A stretch of 63,979 bases of DNA, the filler included, from Octopus bimaculoides (lineage: Eukaryota): NCBI RefSeq assembly GCF_001194135.2. It is 8 parts of 5 records of this genome, joined end to end, with 100 filler letters (N's around TTAATTAATTAA, not from the genome) between each part and the next. Parts side by side here need not be neighbours in the genome. Positions count along the whole stretch, not along the records: positions 47,909 to 57,049 come from NC_068986.1; positions 57,150 to 60,002 come from NC_068984.1; positions 60,103 to 62,670 come from NC_068986.1; positions 62,771 to 63,979 come from NC_069007.1; 4 more parts are not named here. One strand, written 5' to 3'. Shown one piece after another: positions 52,290-63,979 of this stretch. A model generated the notes under the pieces. The model was not told the origin of the DNA. It worked only from the letters and a program-made list of their open reading frames with translations, and ran no database searches. Each line of letters opens with the position of its first letter. Position 1 is the first letter of the stretch. A program made the position numbers and the translations under genes.

Positions 52290-52682
52290 TGTTGTTGTTG
52301 TTGTTGGCACTCCGTCGCTTACGACGTCGAGGGTTCCAGTTGATCTGATCAACGGAACAGCTTGCTTGTGAAATTAACGTGCAAGTGGCTGAGCACTCCA
52401 CAGACACATGTACCCTTAATGTAGTTCTCGGGGATATTCAGCATGACACAGTGTGACAAGGCTGACCCTTTGAATTACAGGCACAACAGAGACAGGAAGT
52501 AAAAGTAAGAGAAAGTTGTGGTGAAAGAGTACAGCAGGGTTCACCACCATGCCCTGCTGGAGCCTCGTGGAGCTTTTAGGTGTTTACGCTCAATAAACAC
52601 TCACAGCACCCGGTCTGGGAATCTAAACCGCGATCCTATGACCGCAAGTCCGCTGCCCTAACCACTGGGCCATTGCGCCTCC
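52290..52682 (-). mobile_element. Full-length young tRNA-derived SINE with (CAA)n tail and 17-bp TSD
   Basis: Head tggaggcgcaatggcccagtggttagggcagcggacttgcggtcataggatcgcggtttagattccc. TSD actgaccaacatactac at 52273-52289 and 52683-52699. Confidence 0.92.
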
Positions 52683-54691
52683 ACTGACCAACATACTACA
52701 ACCACTGGCTAACAAACATTCTCTCTTTTCTACAATGGCCTAAGCTCCAACTGTATTGGACCTGAGGTCAGGTTCATCTTAGCAGTACTATAGGTCACCA
52801 GTATTTACTTATTGACAGCAAGCCACAGAATACATAGATCATAATTAGGCCCCTAGATCCATGGGAGTCCCTGAGAAACTGCCTAGTGTACCTATGCCTT
52901 AAGGTGGCACTGCCAGAGGAACACATGAGATACCTGTCTACCTTCTCATCATAACAATAACAATTGACCTTACACAAAACAAATCAGTTTTCAGTTAAAA
53001 ATCAACTATGAGCACTTTTTTCTCTTATTTTTTTTTTTGGAATTGCAGAAATAAATCCCAGAAAAATATCAGGAGCTGTTTAGTCATTATTATTGCATAT
53101 CTTCAAAATTTTACCTCATGGAAAGAAATCATACTACACCAAGTTTCCAGCCTACAACTTTCACTAACTTATTAGAGGAATAACTTACTTTATCCACTCC
53201 TCTCTCTTTTTATGTGTATTCCCCTTCGTTTTCTCCATTTGTTTCTTTTTTTCTTTCCTCCTCCTCACTCTTCTCTTTTCTCCTTGCTATATTTCCATTC
53301 TGTCATGTTGCATGTCCTTTTTTCTACTTTGAATGTCTTAATGTTAGTAGTTTTCTCACTTTTTTTTCTTTTTCTGTTTGTTTGTCCATCTCTCTCTCTC
53401 TTCCCCATTCTCTCCCTGTCTTTCTCTCTCTCTCACACACACACATACTCTCTCTATATATGTGTTGCTCACTTTGTTTAAAATGTAAACATCTGAGAGC
53501 TAAATTTTTATTTTTGCATGGTTGTTGTTTCTATTAAAGGGGGTGTGCATACAACTTAGAGGATCAGCTCAGACTTTTTATCTCTCCACAGGTCGATATA
53601 ACAAGGGTCACTCAACCTGCTAGAAATAGCAACCAAATCTCCCTCATATCACACCTTCTTATATAAGGACAGGTAATATAGTTCTAGATAGCCTTAAAAA
53701 ATAGGATAGCCATGATCTGAATGATCTTCATCATAAGTCTGTTTGTCCTTGGGTGAACAACAGTAGCACAATCATTAAAAATATACTGAAGTCGATCCAA
53801 TCAAGGTGGAATGTTGGTCTGAATGATAGGACACCATATTAGATGTTTCATGGTATTTAGCTTTGTCTATGTTCTAGCCTCTTTTATATCTGTCCAGGGT
53901 CAATAATTAAGTGCCATGGGTAATATGCTGAGGGTTGATATCACTAATTGCGTGTAACCCACACTTACATGAAACCTGTCCTGTGTTTAGTCAAATGAAA
54001 TCAATATTTTTAGAACTACAACTATTTGAAGTTATTAGAGTCAGAAAGTCTGGTCTGGTGCACCCATCCTCCTCCTACTTCTCTTTCTACAAACACACTT
54101 TCTCTCTCTCTCTCCCCATCTTACTGCTGGCCTTCCGTTATATTCTTTGCAAACCCATTGCTGTTGTTTTTAACATCCCAATCCTTCTTCCATTCTCTCA
54201 ACTTTCATTCTTCTTTTTACTCTTATTTCTTGTATTTCCCTCTCTTCCCCATTGTTAAATAAGCTACCCCACCCCCACCAGTTAGCTATTTTCCATTTTT
54301 TTTCTCTATCCACTCCTGACCTCTTCCATCCTCTCTTGCTTTCTCTTTACCTGCATCTCTGTAATTCATTAGCAGCCTTCTCCTCCTCCTCTTTCATTCC
54401 CCCCCCCTCATTTCCTATTTTATCTTCTCTTCTTTCCACAACTTACCTTTCTCTTTTTCTCTCCTTTCCCAGCCAATCTATAGATTATTGATTTATTCCT
54501 TTAAACTGCCCACCCTCTTCATATCCTTTTGTTATATTGGAATTAATCATTCAGTACAGTTTCCACTATCAACTTTAGTAATTGCCCCTTTTTTGTGATC
54601 AACTTTAACAACTGTCCTAATTCTACCACTCAGTAGTTTCCACAATCAACCTTAATAACTACCCTACCTCTATCATTCTGTACAGTTTCCT

Positions 54692-54910
54692 ATTTCTTTT
54701 TTGCCCACAAGGGGCTAAACATAGAGGGGACAAACAAGGACAGACAAAGGGATTAAGTCGATTACATCGACACCAGTGCGTAACTGGTACTTAATTTATC
54801 GACCCCCAAAAGGATGAAAGGCAAAGTCGATCTCGGTGGATTTTGAACTTAGAACGAAATATTGCTAAGCATTTCGCCTGGTGTGCAAACGTTTCTGCCA
54901 GCTCACTGCT
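54692..54910 (-). mobile_element. SINE family A, well conserved
   Basis: cccacaaggggctaaac...ggatgaaaggcaaagtcgatctcgg...tttctgccagctcac. Confidence 0.9.
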
Positions 54911-55387
54911 TTGTTCTATACAGTTTCCACTGCCTTATCTCTATCCTTTCTACCATCAACCTTAGTAAGCTGTCTTCTTGTTATCACTAAGTACATTTTC
55001 CAACATCAACTTTAGTGACAAAGGAACAGGTAAAAGAGAGATAAGAAAGGAAAAGTGCTTAAGGTTTTAAAAGTTAAAAAAGCGCTTTAATCATCATCAT
55101 CATTTAACTTCAGTATTAAAGTGGTGCAGATGGAGTTGTGAATTAAGAAGTTTGCTTCCACTTTTTTTCCATGCTTGCATGGGTTAGATGGAGTATTTGA
55201 GGCAGATTAGATGCCCTTCCTGTTGCTAACCATCACCTTTTTCCAAGTAAGGAGGTTGTATTACCCCATGGCCAGAGATGTTCTAACACAATATTGAAAA
55301 TGAACAACACTGCTTGTATGACAGTAACATTCTTTTACAAATGCAATGTCATAACCTGGAGACACACACATAGATATACACAGATAT

Positions 55388-55703
55388 GTAGGGCTTCTTT
55401 CAGTTTCAACTTATCAAATCCATTCACAAGGCTTTGGTTGGCCCAGGGCTATAGTAGTAGACACTTGCCCAAGGTGCTACACAATGGGACTGAACCAGAA
55501 CCATATGGTTTGGAAGTAAACTTCTTACCACATAGTTCCATCTGCACCACTTTAATACTGAATGTTTTGAAGCTTGCTTCCCTATGACATAGTTCCAGGT
55601 TCAGTCCCACTGTGTGGCACCTTGGGCAAGTGTCTTCTACAGCCTCAGGTCTGGCCAAAGCTTTGCAAGTGGATTTGGTAGACAGAAACTGAAAGAAGCC
55701 AGT

Positions 55704-55751
<48 letters not shown>

Positions 55752-56050
55752 CATACATACATACGTGTGTGTGTATAATTATGTATATAATTGTATGTGT
55801 GTGTGTGTGTACATAATTATGTATATAATTATGTGTGTGTGTGTGTTTTTGTTTGTCTCTCCACTGTTGCTTGACAACTGATGTTAGTGTGCTTCTGTCC
55901 CTGTAACTTAGTGATTTGACAAAAGAGACCAATAGAATAAGTACTAGGCTTACAAAGAATAAGTCTTGAGGTCAATTTCTTTGACCAAAAAACCCCTAAG
56001 GTGGTGCTCCAGCATGGCCACAGTCAAATGACTGAAACAAAGAAAAGACT
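55388..56050. mobile_element. Head-to-head SINE family B pair (55388-55545 minus; 55570-56050 plus with tail)
   Basis: Both bodies are recognisable, with a ~30-bp spacer. Confidence 0.85.
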
Positions 56051-56670
56051 AAAAGAGTAAGCCATATATTTTCGTCAGTTCATGAAATATTTCCCAGTAG
56101 AGATAATTTTCCATCCCTGGAACTAATATTCTGGAACATATCCAGAGGGATACCATGTGATTGCTGAACCCTTGCTTATGTAAATAATCCCCATGTCAGG
56201 TGATGGGCCCGAAATACCCATATTGTCATATCGCTGTATTATATAATTGCTAGAGAGAATATTAAATTTAGCTGTTTTCATTGAACTTTGATGAAAATTA
56301 GATACTAATGGGTGTATGGGCTCTGAGCAGTTGTAATTTGCTCAAAGAAACATCTAATGTGTTGTGAGTTATTTAGGGAGCATATATGAGGTTAGTCAAC
56401 CTGCTAGATATAGTGGCTGATGGAAACAGTTAATAGCAGATGTTGGTGGTAATACAATGATTACCAGTTTGTAAGAATACTGTAATACAAGCTGATTGCA
56501 GAACTCATAATAGTAGTTAATGAGAACACTTAATAGTTGTTGGTGGGAACATTAAGTGGAAACCTTTCTCACCAACACTTAATAGTGGCAGGAACAAAGG
56601 TTTATAGTAGTGGTTGGTGGTAGGAACACTTGATAATGGTTTGTGGGAACACTTTGTAGTAGTTGGTGAT

Positions 56671-56838
56671 AACATTTAAAAGTAGTTGGAGGTTAACATT
56701 TAATAGTAGTTGGAGGTTAACATTTAATAGTAGTTGGGGGTTAACATTTCATAGTAGTTGGGGGTTAACATTTAATAGTAGTTGGGGGTTAACATTTAAT
56801 AGTAGTTGGCGGTTAACATTTAATAGTAGTTGGTGGGC
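56671..56838. repeat. 24-bp minisatellite, 7 copies, with degenerate copies either side (~56420-56910)
   Basis: Unit aacatttaatagtagttgg(a/g/c)ggtt. Confidence 0.95.
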
Positions 56839-56914
56839 ACATGTCAAATAGCAGTTGGAAGAAGCACATAATGATAGTTAGTGGGTACAGTTAATGGTAG
56901 TTGGTGGGAATGAT

Positions 56915-57040
56915 AGGTGCCGGTGTGTCTTTGTGGTAAGAAGTTTGCTTCCCTACCACATCATGTGGTTGCTTTCCATCCACATCATTCAAACCTTGTG
57001 AATGGATTTGGTAGACAGAAACTGGAAGAAGCCCATTGTA
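56915..57040 (+). mobile_element. SINE family B with internal deletion
   Basis: ggtgccggtgtgtctttgtggtaagaagtttgcttcc...ttgtgaatggatttggtagacagaaactggaagaagccc. Confidence 0.8.
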
Positions 57041-57156
57041 TATATATATNNNNNNNNNNNNNNNNNNNNNNNNNNNNNNNNNNNNNNNNNNNNTTAATTA
57101 ATTAANNNNNNNNNNNNNNNNNNNNNNNNNNNNNNNNNNNNNNNNNNNNGAAAAAG

Positions 57157-57193
57157 TTTTTAATGTTTCGAGCTTATGCTCTTCCACAGAAAG
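57157..57193 (-). ncRNA. Degenerate minimal hammerhead-like motif, same family as 28657
   Basis: cttt-CTGTGGA-a-GAGC ataa GCTC-GAA-ACAT-T-aaaa. ACGT has decayed to ACAT. Confidence 0.45.
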
Positions 57194-57244
57194 AAACAAG
57201 GAGAGAAAATAAAGAATGTGTAGTGGCTAGCAATCTATCATGGC

Positions 57245-57278
<34 letters not shown>

Positions 57279-57281
<3 letters not shown>

Positions 57282-57466
57282 GGGTGGCCCAAAAGTAGGT
57301 TTACAGTTATTCAACTATCCCTTTCGCATTCATATATTAACAGTTTAGATCTTCATTATAAAAAAAATATGAAACCGTTATTCTATACTAATTTTTCAGT
57401 TCTTAAGATAGAAATATACATGTAGTCCCTACGTGATAACTGTAAACCTACCTTGGAGTCACCCCT
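57279..57466. mobile_element. Tc1/mariner-type MITE (~190 bp)
   Basis: TIRs cagggtggcccaaaagtaggtttacagttat / ataactgtaaacctaccttggagtcaccc. Inserted next to (TA)n. Confidence 0.8.
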
Positions 57467-58007
57467 CTCTAGTCTCATGGCCTGCAAAATATCTTGCATG
57501 GTAGGGTGGGATTTGATGACAGTTTAGCTGAACTGTCATCAATTCCCACCCTACCGTGTTAAATATGGAATGAACACATGAAAATATATAATTCAAGAAA
57601 CTCCTGAATAGATGGGCAGGTCATGGCTGGAATGTTTTTGATCATAGATTAGCTAAGTTAAAATTAAACTGGAGATACAAAACTACATATATACCTAAAC
57701 ATATACTAATCATATAAACTAAAAGTATATCAGACACTAAAGTGCCTAGTAGATAAGATACCATGCACGTTTGAAAACAGACTTTAAGTTACATTTCGTG
57801 CGTCACGTAATTTTATATTTTATTTTGTTCAGCTGCCTTGAAACTGTGATAGCTGACACTTTTTTCCACGCGGGATTATTTCTTAACAATTACACATACC
57901 ACAGGGCAGTAAGTGTTGGAGTAGGGGAGAAAGGGCCTTGCAATATGTAGTTGTGTCATTTTATGTCCTGTGGTCAAATCTCGCCGTAGCCAACTTCACC
58001 TTACGTT

Positions 58008-58097
58008 CTCCCTAAGTCAGGAAGTCAACTGTACTTTTATGCTAAAATGTGCTCCCTAAGTCAGGAAGACAACTGTACTTTTATGCTAAAATGTGCT
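58008..58097. repeat. 44-bp tandem duplication
   Basis: ctccctaagtcaggaag(t/a)caactgtacttttatgctaaaatgtg twice, 1 mismatch. Confidence 0.95.
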
Positions 58098-58526
58098 ATC
58101 TTAAACCAAATTTAAGAAAGAACTAATTGCCCATACATATACAAAAAACACAAGTTCATGTTGTGAAGAGAAATGAGTCAAACACAGACAGGTGCTGTGT
58201 ATTTTTAGATAATGCATACACGAGAGGAAGGGGAACACGAATAACTAATGTATATGGGACATCAAATTGCTTCATTTATACCCCAACTAAGAAAATAAAC
58301 TAAACCTCTCTGTCTTAACCGTAAGTGGTATCACGTGTTGGCAATAATGTTTTTGTTGGATCTATTGACAAAGTTGATGTTTACCAATGAGGGAGCCTTA
58401 ACACAGATGCTTGATATGCAAGAAATAACAGCCACAATTCGCTCAAATCGTACCCTAGTCTTTGCGAAGGAAAAATACATTAGACAAATAATGTCTGTTC
58501 TATATTCAAGAGATGAGGAATTATGT

Positions 58527-58673
58527 ACATTATTTACATTTGACGGATATTTGTCCTCATCTTGTTTGCTGTTAACACGTTTCGGCTGATATACCCTCCA
58601 GCCTTCATCAGGTGTCTTGGGGAAATTTCGAACCTGGGTTCTCATTTCTAAGGTATTTTTCGATGTTATTCTT

Positions 58674-58757
<84 letters not shown>

Positions 58758-58908
58758 NNNNNNNNNNNNNNNNNNNNNNNNNNNNNNNNNNNNNNNNNNN
58801 NNNNNNNNNNNNNNNNNNNNNNNNNNNNNNNNNNNNNNNNNNNNNNNNNNNNNNNNNNNNNNNNNNNNNNNNNNNNNNNNNNNNNNNNNNNNNNNNNNNN
58901 NNNNNNNN

Positions 58909-58969
<61 letters not shown>

Positions 58970-59110
58970 TCGAAAAATACCTTAGGAATGAGAATCCAGG
59001 TTCGAAATTTCCCCCAAGACACCCGATGAAGGCTGGAGGGTATATCAGCCAAAACGTTGTGTTAACAACAAACAAGATGAAGACAAATATCTGTCAAATG
59101 TAAATAATGT
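58527..59110. mobile_element. Fold-back PLE-derived element: ~140-bp inverted arms around (TTC)n(TTA)n-gap-(TAA)n, each arm carrying a hammerhead-like motif
   Basis: 58527-58660 and 58966-59110 are reverse complements with several mismatches. Motifs at 58573-58616 (-) and 59018-59063 (+). Confidence 0.8.
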
Positions 59111-60599
59111 CTGAATAAAATGCGAAGTAGGCATGGCTGCAACGTCTTTGATCACTGGTTTGCTAGATCATGGTTGACCAGGGGTGAAACAATAACATAA
59201 GGCCACGAACTTTGTCGCGGTATCATTAAAACTCAAGACACTTTAGCTAAATCTAGAAGAAAATGATTTCGTTTAATTGCAAACATTCTGTTTAGCCCTA
59301 GGTTAGCCCACCCTCATCAATCAAATATACAGTCAAAGGTGTGTTACAGCCATGACTATCCTGCCTTTGCAGATACATTATTCAAGACATTATCCTTTTC
59401 ATGATGCTAATGTATAATTTGAAAGATATTTAACTGCTATTTTTAGCAAACGAGAGGCCACAACTAATTGGGTTAATATGAGAGGGAATCATCTCAGCCC
59501 CAGTCGTCATTATCTTATTACAAAACACTGCCTTGATTCGTTGTGCACGATTCTTTAGTAATAAAGAAGATATACCTAGATTTTCTTTTCCCTCTTTTTT
59601 CTTAAAACTAACCAATTTGTAGAGTAACAAATAAACATAACACAAAATGCTTCCGAAAATATAAATAACGTGGTTGTAGGTGATGAATAGTTATTGATAA
59701 CGATCAAAACAACAAAACAGTGCAACTTTAAGGGTAACGGAATGAGAAGTTGTGACATTTAGTCGTTCTAGAGGAATTAATTAAAGAGACGGAATATTTT
59801 TTTTTTATTTGATATAAAGATGACAAAAAGTAAAATGTGTGATTATAAATTTACAATAAAATTAACAATAACTACAGATATTTTGATGTGGTTTCCCTAT
59901 ACATTTTTGTCTGGAGAATTAAATGATGTTAAAATGAATAAACGTTAACAAGACGTGAGTAACATGTTTATACACAGACAGATATATATATGTGTGTATG
60001 TANNNNNNNNNNNNNNNNNNNNNNNNNNNNNNNNNNNNNNNNNNNNTTAATTAATTAANNNNNNNNNNNNNNNNNNNNNNNNNNNNNNNNNNNNNNNNNN
60101 NNATATATATATATATATATACATACTTATATACATACATACATACATATATATATGTTTACATAATATACTCCAGCACATAGACGCAAACATATATATA
60201 TACATTCATGCTCACACACACAAACACACACATACACAGACATGCTCTCTCACATGCACATACATGGCCTTCGACCTCACATATACTCACACGTGCGCAT
60301 ACATGGTCATGCGATCACACACACATATACATATACATATACACATACACAATTACAAAATAATTCCGAACATGTGGGACGTGACTGTGAATGTTTTACA
60401 AGTCTGACGCATGTACAGACAGTACGGTTTATATTCACGCTGGAATGTTTCAACGTTTCAATTCTCATTGTCTGGCAGTTATACAATCTATCGATTGGCT
60501 GGCTTCTTCATTTTCCTTATCGATCGCATCATAATCGATGGACATCTTTTTGGGGAAGGAAACGGAGGAGAGAGAGAGGGAGCCGGGTTTGGGGGCTTC

Positions 60600-60883
60600 G
60601 TTGCAAAATCGTTGTCCATGTCCTCACAGCTGCTTCCGTCATCGTTGCCACCACAGTCGACCCTTTCCCTGCCGCCGCCGCCGCAGCCTCCTTCCCATCG
60701 TTGCCTCCTCCCCCATCGCTGTCTCCTTCCCCATCCCCACCTCTTCCACCCCTTCCGCCTTCCCAACCGCCTCCGCCGCCGCCGGCATCACCCCTGCTGC
60801 CGGCGCCAACACCACCACCGCGACCACCACCGCCGCTACCACTACCGCCACCACCGCCGCCACCAACGCCGCTACCACCACTG
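60600..60883. repeat. GC-rich CCN-type low-complexity tract running into a gap
   Basis: (GCC)/(ACC) triplet-like composition. Open in several frames. Confidence 0.8.
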
Positions 60884-61580
60884 NNNNNNNNNNNNNNNNN
60901 NNNNNNNNNNNNNNNNNNNNNNNNNNNNNNNNNNNNNNNNNNNNNNNNNNNNNNNNNNNNNNNNNNNNNNNNNNNNNNNNNNNNNNNNNNNNNNNNNNNN
61001 NNNNNNNNNNNNNNNNNNNNNNNNNNNNNNNNNNNNNNNNNNNNNNNNNNNNNNNNNNNNNNNNNNNNNNNNNNNNNNNNNNNNNNNNNNNNNNNNNNNN
61101 NNNNNNNNNNNNNNNNNNNNNNNNNNNNNNNNNNNNNNNNNNNNNNNNNNNNNNNNNNNNNNNNNNNNNNNNNNNNNNNNNNNNNNNNNNNNNNNNNNNN
61201 NNNNNNNNNNNNNNNNNNNNNNNNNNNNNNNNNNNNNNNNNNNNNNNNNNNNNNNNNNNNNNNNNNNNNNNNNNNNNNNNNNNNNNNNNNNNNNNNNNNN
61301 NNNNNNNNNNNNNNNNNNNNNNNNNNNNNNNNNNNNNNNNNNNNNNNNNNNNNNNNNNNNNNNNNNNNNNNNNNNNNNNNNNNNNNNNNNNNNNNNNNNN
61401 NNNNNNNNNNNNNNNNNNNNNNNNNNNNNNNNNNNNNNNNNNNNNNNNNNNNNNNNNNNNNNNNNNNNNNNNNNNNNNNNNNNNNNNNNNNNNNNNNNNN
61501 NNNNNNNNNNNNNNNNNNNNNNNNNNNNNNNNNNNNNNNNNNAAGAAATCTTTTGAGATCATTTATACTTCTTTGTCTTC

Positions 61581-62085
61581 AATATTTTTGTCTGAAAAAG
61601 GAGGCGAGCTGGCAGAAACTTTAGCACGCCGGGCGAAATGCTTAGCGTATTTCGTTTGCCGTTACGTTCTGAGTTCAAACTCCGCCGATGTCGACTTTGC
61701 CTTTCATCCTTTCGGGGTCGATTAAATAAGTACCAGTTACGCACTGGGGTTGATGTAATCGACTTAATCCCTTTGTCCTTGTTTGTCCCCTTTATGTTTA
61801 GCCCCTTGTGGGCAATAAAGAAATATGAAACGTTAGCACGCCAGGCGAAATGCTGAGCGGTGTTTCGACTGTTTTTACGTTCTAAGTTCAAATTCCACCA
61901 AGGTCGACTTTGCCTTTCATCCTTTCCGGGTCGATAAATTAAGGACCAGTTGCGTACTGGGGTCGATGTAATCGACTGGCCGTCCCTCCCTCAAAATTTC
62001 GGATCTAGTGACTAGAGTAGAAAGAATATTTTTGTCTGAAAAAGGTGGCGAGCTGGCAGAAATGTTAGCACACCGGGCGAAAACA
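61581..62085 (+). mobile_element. Cluster of three SINE family A units (dimer plus residual head)
   Basis: Heads at ~61600, ~61829 and ~62043. Flank aatatttttgtctgaaaaagg is duplicated at 61581 and 62025. Confidence 0.9.
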
Positions 62086-62602
62086 CACACAGACACGTTT
62101 GTCGATGTATGTATGTATTTATCTATCTATAAGTCTGACTATCTAACTTTCTATCTATCTATCTATCTATCTATCTGTCTGTCTGTCTCTATTTATTCAT
62201 TCATCTATCTATTAAACCATTCTGTCTACTTACATATAGACATCAGTGCGTGTGTAGGAGAGTACGAATGTATGAGTAAACACATCGATCTATGACTGTA
62301 GATAAAAAGAGAGAGAAAGAAAACGTATGCGTATAGATACGTGTATGTATGTATGGGTGTGTACGTGCGTGTGTGTAAGATAGGTAGGGTGCAGCGATAG
62401 AGAAACTCTTAAGAGAAATATTCTGTGGAATCGGTAGATTAGATTATTTCTGCTTTTGATTGTCGCTTATCTCATTTTTTTTTCTCAGAGTTAATCGAAA
62501 TGAGACGACAAATTCAGCTGTTCTTATAATATGAAGACGATTTCTTAAACACGAGGTCTCCCTACCCTTTTACACGCCATGCATGGTAACCAACTGGAAC
62601 GG

Positions 62603-62670
<68 letters not shown>

Positions 62671-62844
62671 NNNNNNNNNNNNNNNNNNNNNNNNNNNNNN
62701 NNNNNNNNNNNNNNTTAATTAATTAANNNNNNNNNNNNNNNNNNNNNNNNNNNNNNNNNNNNNNNNNNNNACACACACACACACACACACAACAACAACA
62801 ACAACCTATTGAGGAAATAAGTCAAATCTCATTCATATCAGACT

Positions 62845-63440
62845 TTGTTATATTTCGGCTGCTATTTCTAGCATGCCTAACTATCTTGTAGAGGTCTCCC
62901 TCATTAACTCATATATATGTGCACATGAGAGTAAGGTGTGATTTAAGGGAGATTTGGCTGCTATTTCTAGCAAGTCTGACTGTCTTGTAAAGGTCTCTCC
63001 CATTAACTCATATATACGTGCACAAGAGAGTAGGGTGTGATTTCAGGGAGATTTGGCTGCTATTTCTAGCAAGTCTGACTGTCTTGTAAAGGTCTCCCTC
63101 ATTAACTCATATATACGTGCACAAGAGAGTAGGGTGTGATTTCAGGGAGATTNNNNNNNNNNTGATTTCAGGGAGATTTGGCTGCTATTTCTAGCAAGTC
63201 TAACTATCTTGTAGAAGTCTCCCTCATTAACTCATATATACGTGCACAAGAGAGTAGGGTGTGATTTCAGGGAGATTTGGCTGCTATTTCTAGCAAGTCT
63301 AACTATCTTGTAGAGGTCTCCCTCATTAACTCATATATACAAGCACAAGAGAATAGGGTGTGATTTAAGGGAGATTTGGCTGCTATTTCTACTAAGTCTA
63401 GCTACCCAGTCTAGCTATCCTGCAGATGTCCCCCTCATTG
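62845..63440. repeat. 99-bp tandem array (at least 6 units) derived from dispersed repeat family D
   Basis: gtgtgattt recurs at 62936, 63035, 63134, [10-N gap], 63259 and 63358. The unit contains agggagatttggctgctatttctagc, shared with dispersed copies. Confidence 0.92.
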
Positions 63441-63979
63441 GCTCATACGTACATAAGACTAGTATATGAATTGGGGGTACTGGCAATCTGTGTGTGTGTG
63501 TGTGTGTGTACAAAGTTGAATTTGTTATTATTGCTTGTTTCTATATTTTTTATTCTGAATACATAAAACTGACCCCTTGTTTTCTCTCCCCATCGCCATT
63601 TCTTCTGCTATCTCACCACTCCTGCTTTGTGGGTTGAATATAGTCACACACACACATATATTTATATATATATATACATACACACACATACAGTGTATGT
63701 GTGTGTGTAACTAAGTCAGTGTGTTACCATTCAAACAAAAGCAACATTCAGTCAGTCTCTGCCCCGGCCAACCAACATCATCACCATTTCCATGGCTACT
63801 TGTTGTTCATTGAAAGAGAAAGAAATATTTCATTTACTACAATTATTCTCTCATCCAACACAACATCCACACACACACCACTACCATCACCACCACGTAT
63901 ACATTCCTCCATTGAACCCATCCTTGACATGCGCACACCACTCACACTCAACGCAACCCACGCATTACATAAGTGCACC

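Noticed and set aside
52600-52682. tRNA-like sequence (also the other SINE heads)
   Set aside because: It continues into a SINE body with tail and TSD, and has no proper acceptor stem or terminator.
62845-63440. CRISPR-like appearance of the regular array
   Set aside because: Whole units are repeated with no unique spacers, the context is eukaryotic, and there are no cas genes.

Overview
AT-rich, gap-ridden eukaryotic draft-assembly sequence. The SINE families, microsatellite load and TTAATTAATTAA-padded gaps suggest an octopus/coleoid cephalopod genome (inference, no database search possible). Most of the window is intronic or intergenic repeat. It holds tRNA-derived SINEs of several families, fragments of RTE, CR1, L2 and R4/Dong LINEs, two Penelope-like (PLE) GIY-YIG remnants, non-autonomous Helitron-like elements, two maT (DD37D) Tc1/mariner remnants, MITEs, and micro/minisatellites. 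The only confident host coding sequence is a pair of recently duplicated 120-nt calcium-binding EGF exons on the minus strand (8170-8289, 8643-8762). The most notable unexplained signals are: (1) minimal hammerhead-ribozyme motifs in several PLE-derived repeat families, including a fold-back element with one motif per arm; (2) many inverted repeats able to form dsRNA, one apparently homogenised locally; (3) a highly structured ~280-nt insert inside a CR1 RT; (4) a 99-bp tandem array built from a dispersed repeat fragment. No rRNA, bona fide tRNA gene or CRISPR array was seen. Most long ORFs in the supplied track are artefacts of N-gaps or microsatellites. Repeat boundaries are approximate unless stated, and SINE family labels A-D are my own.
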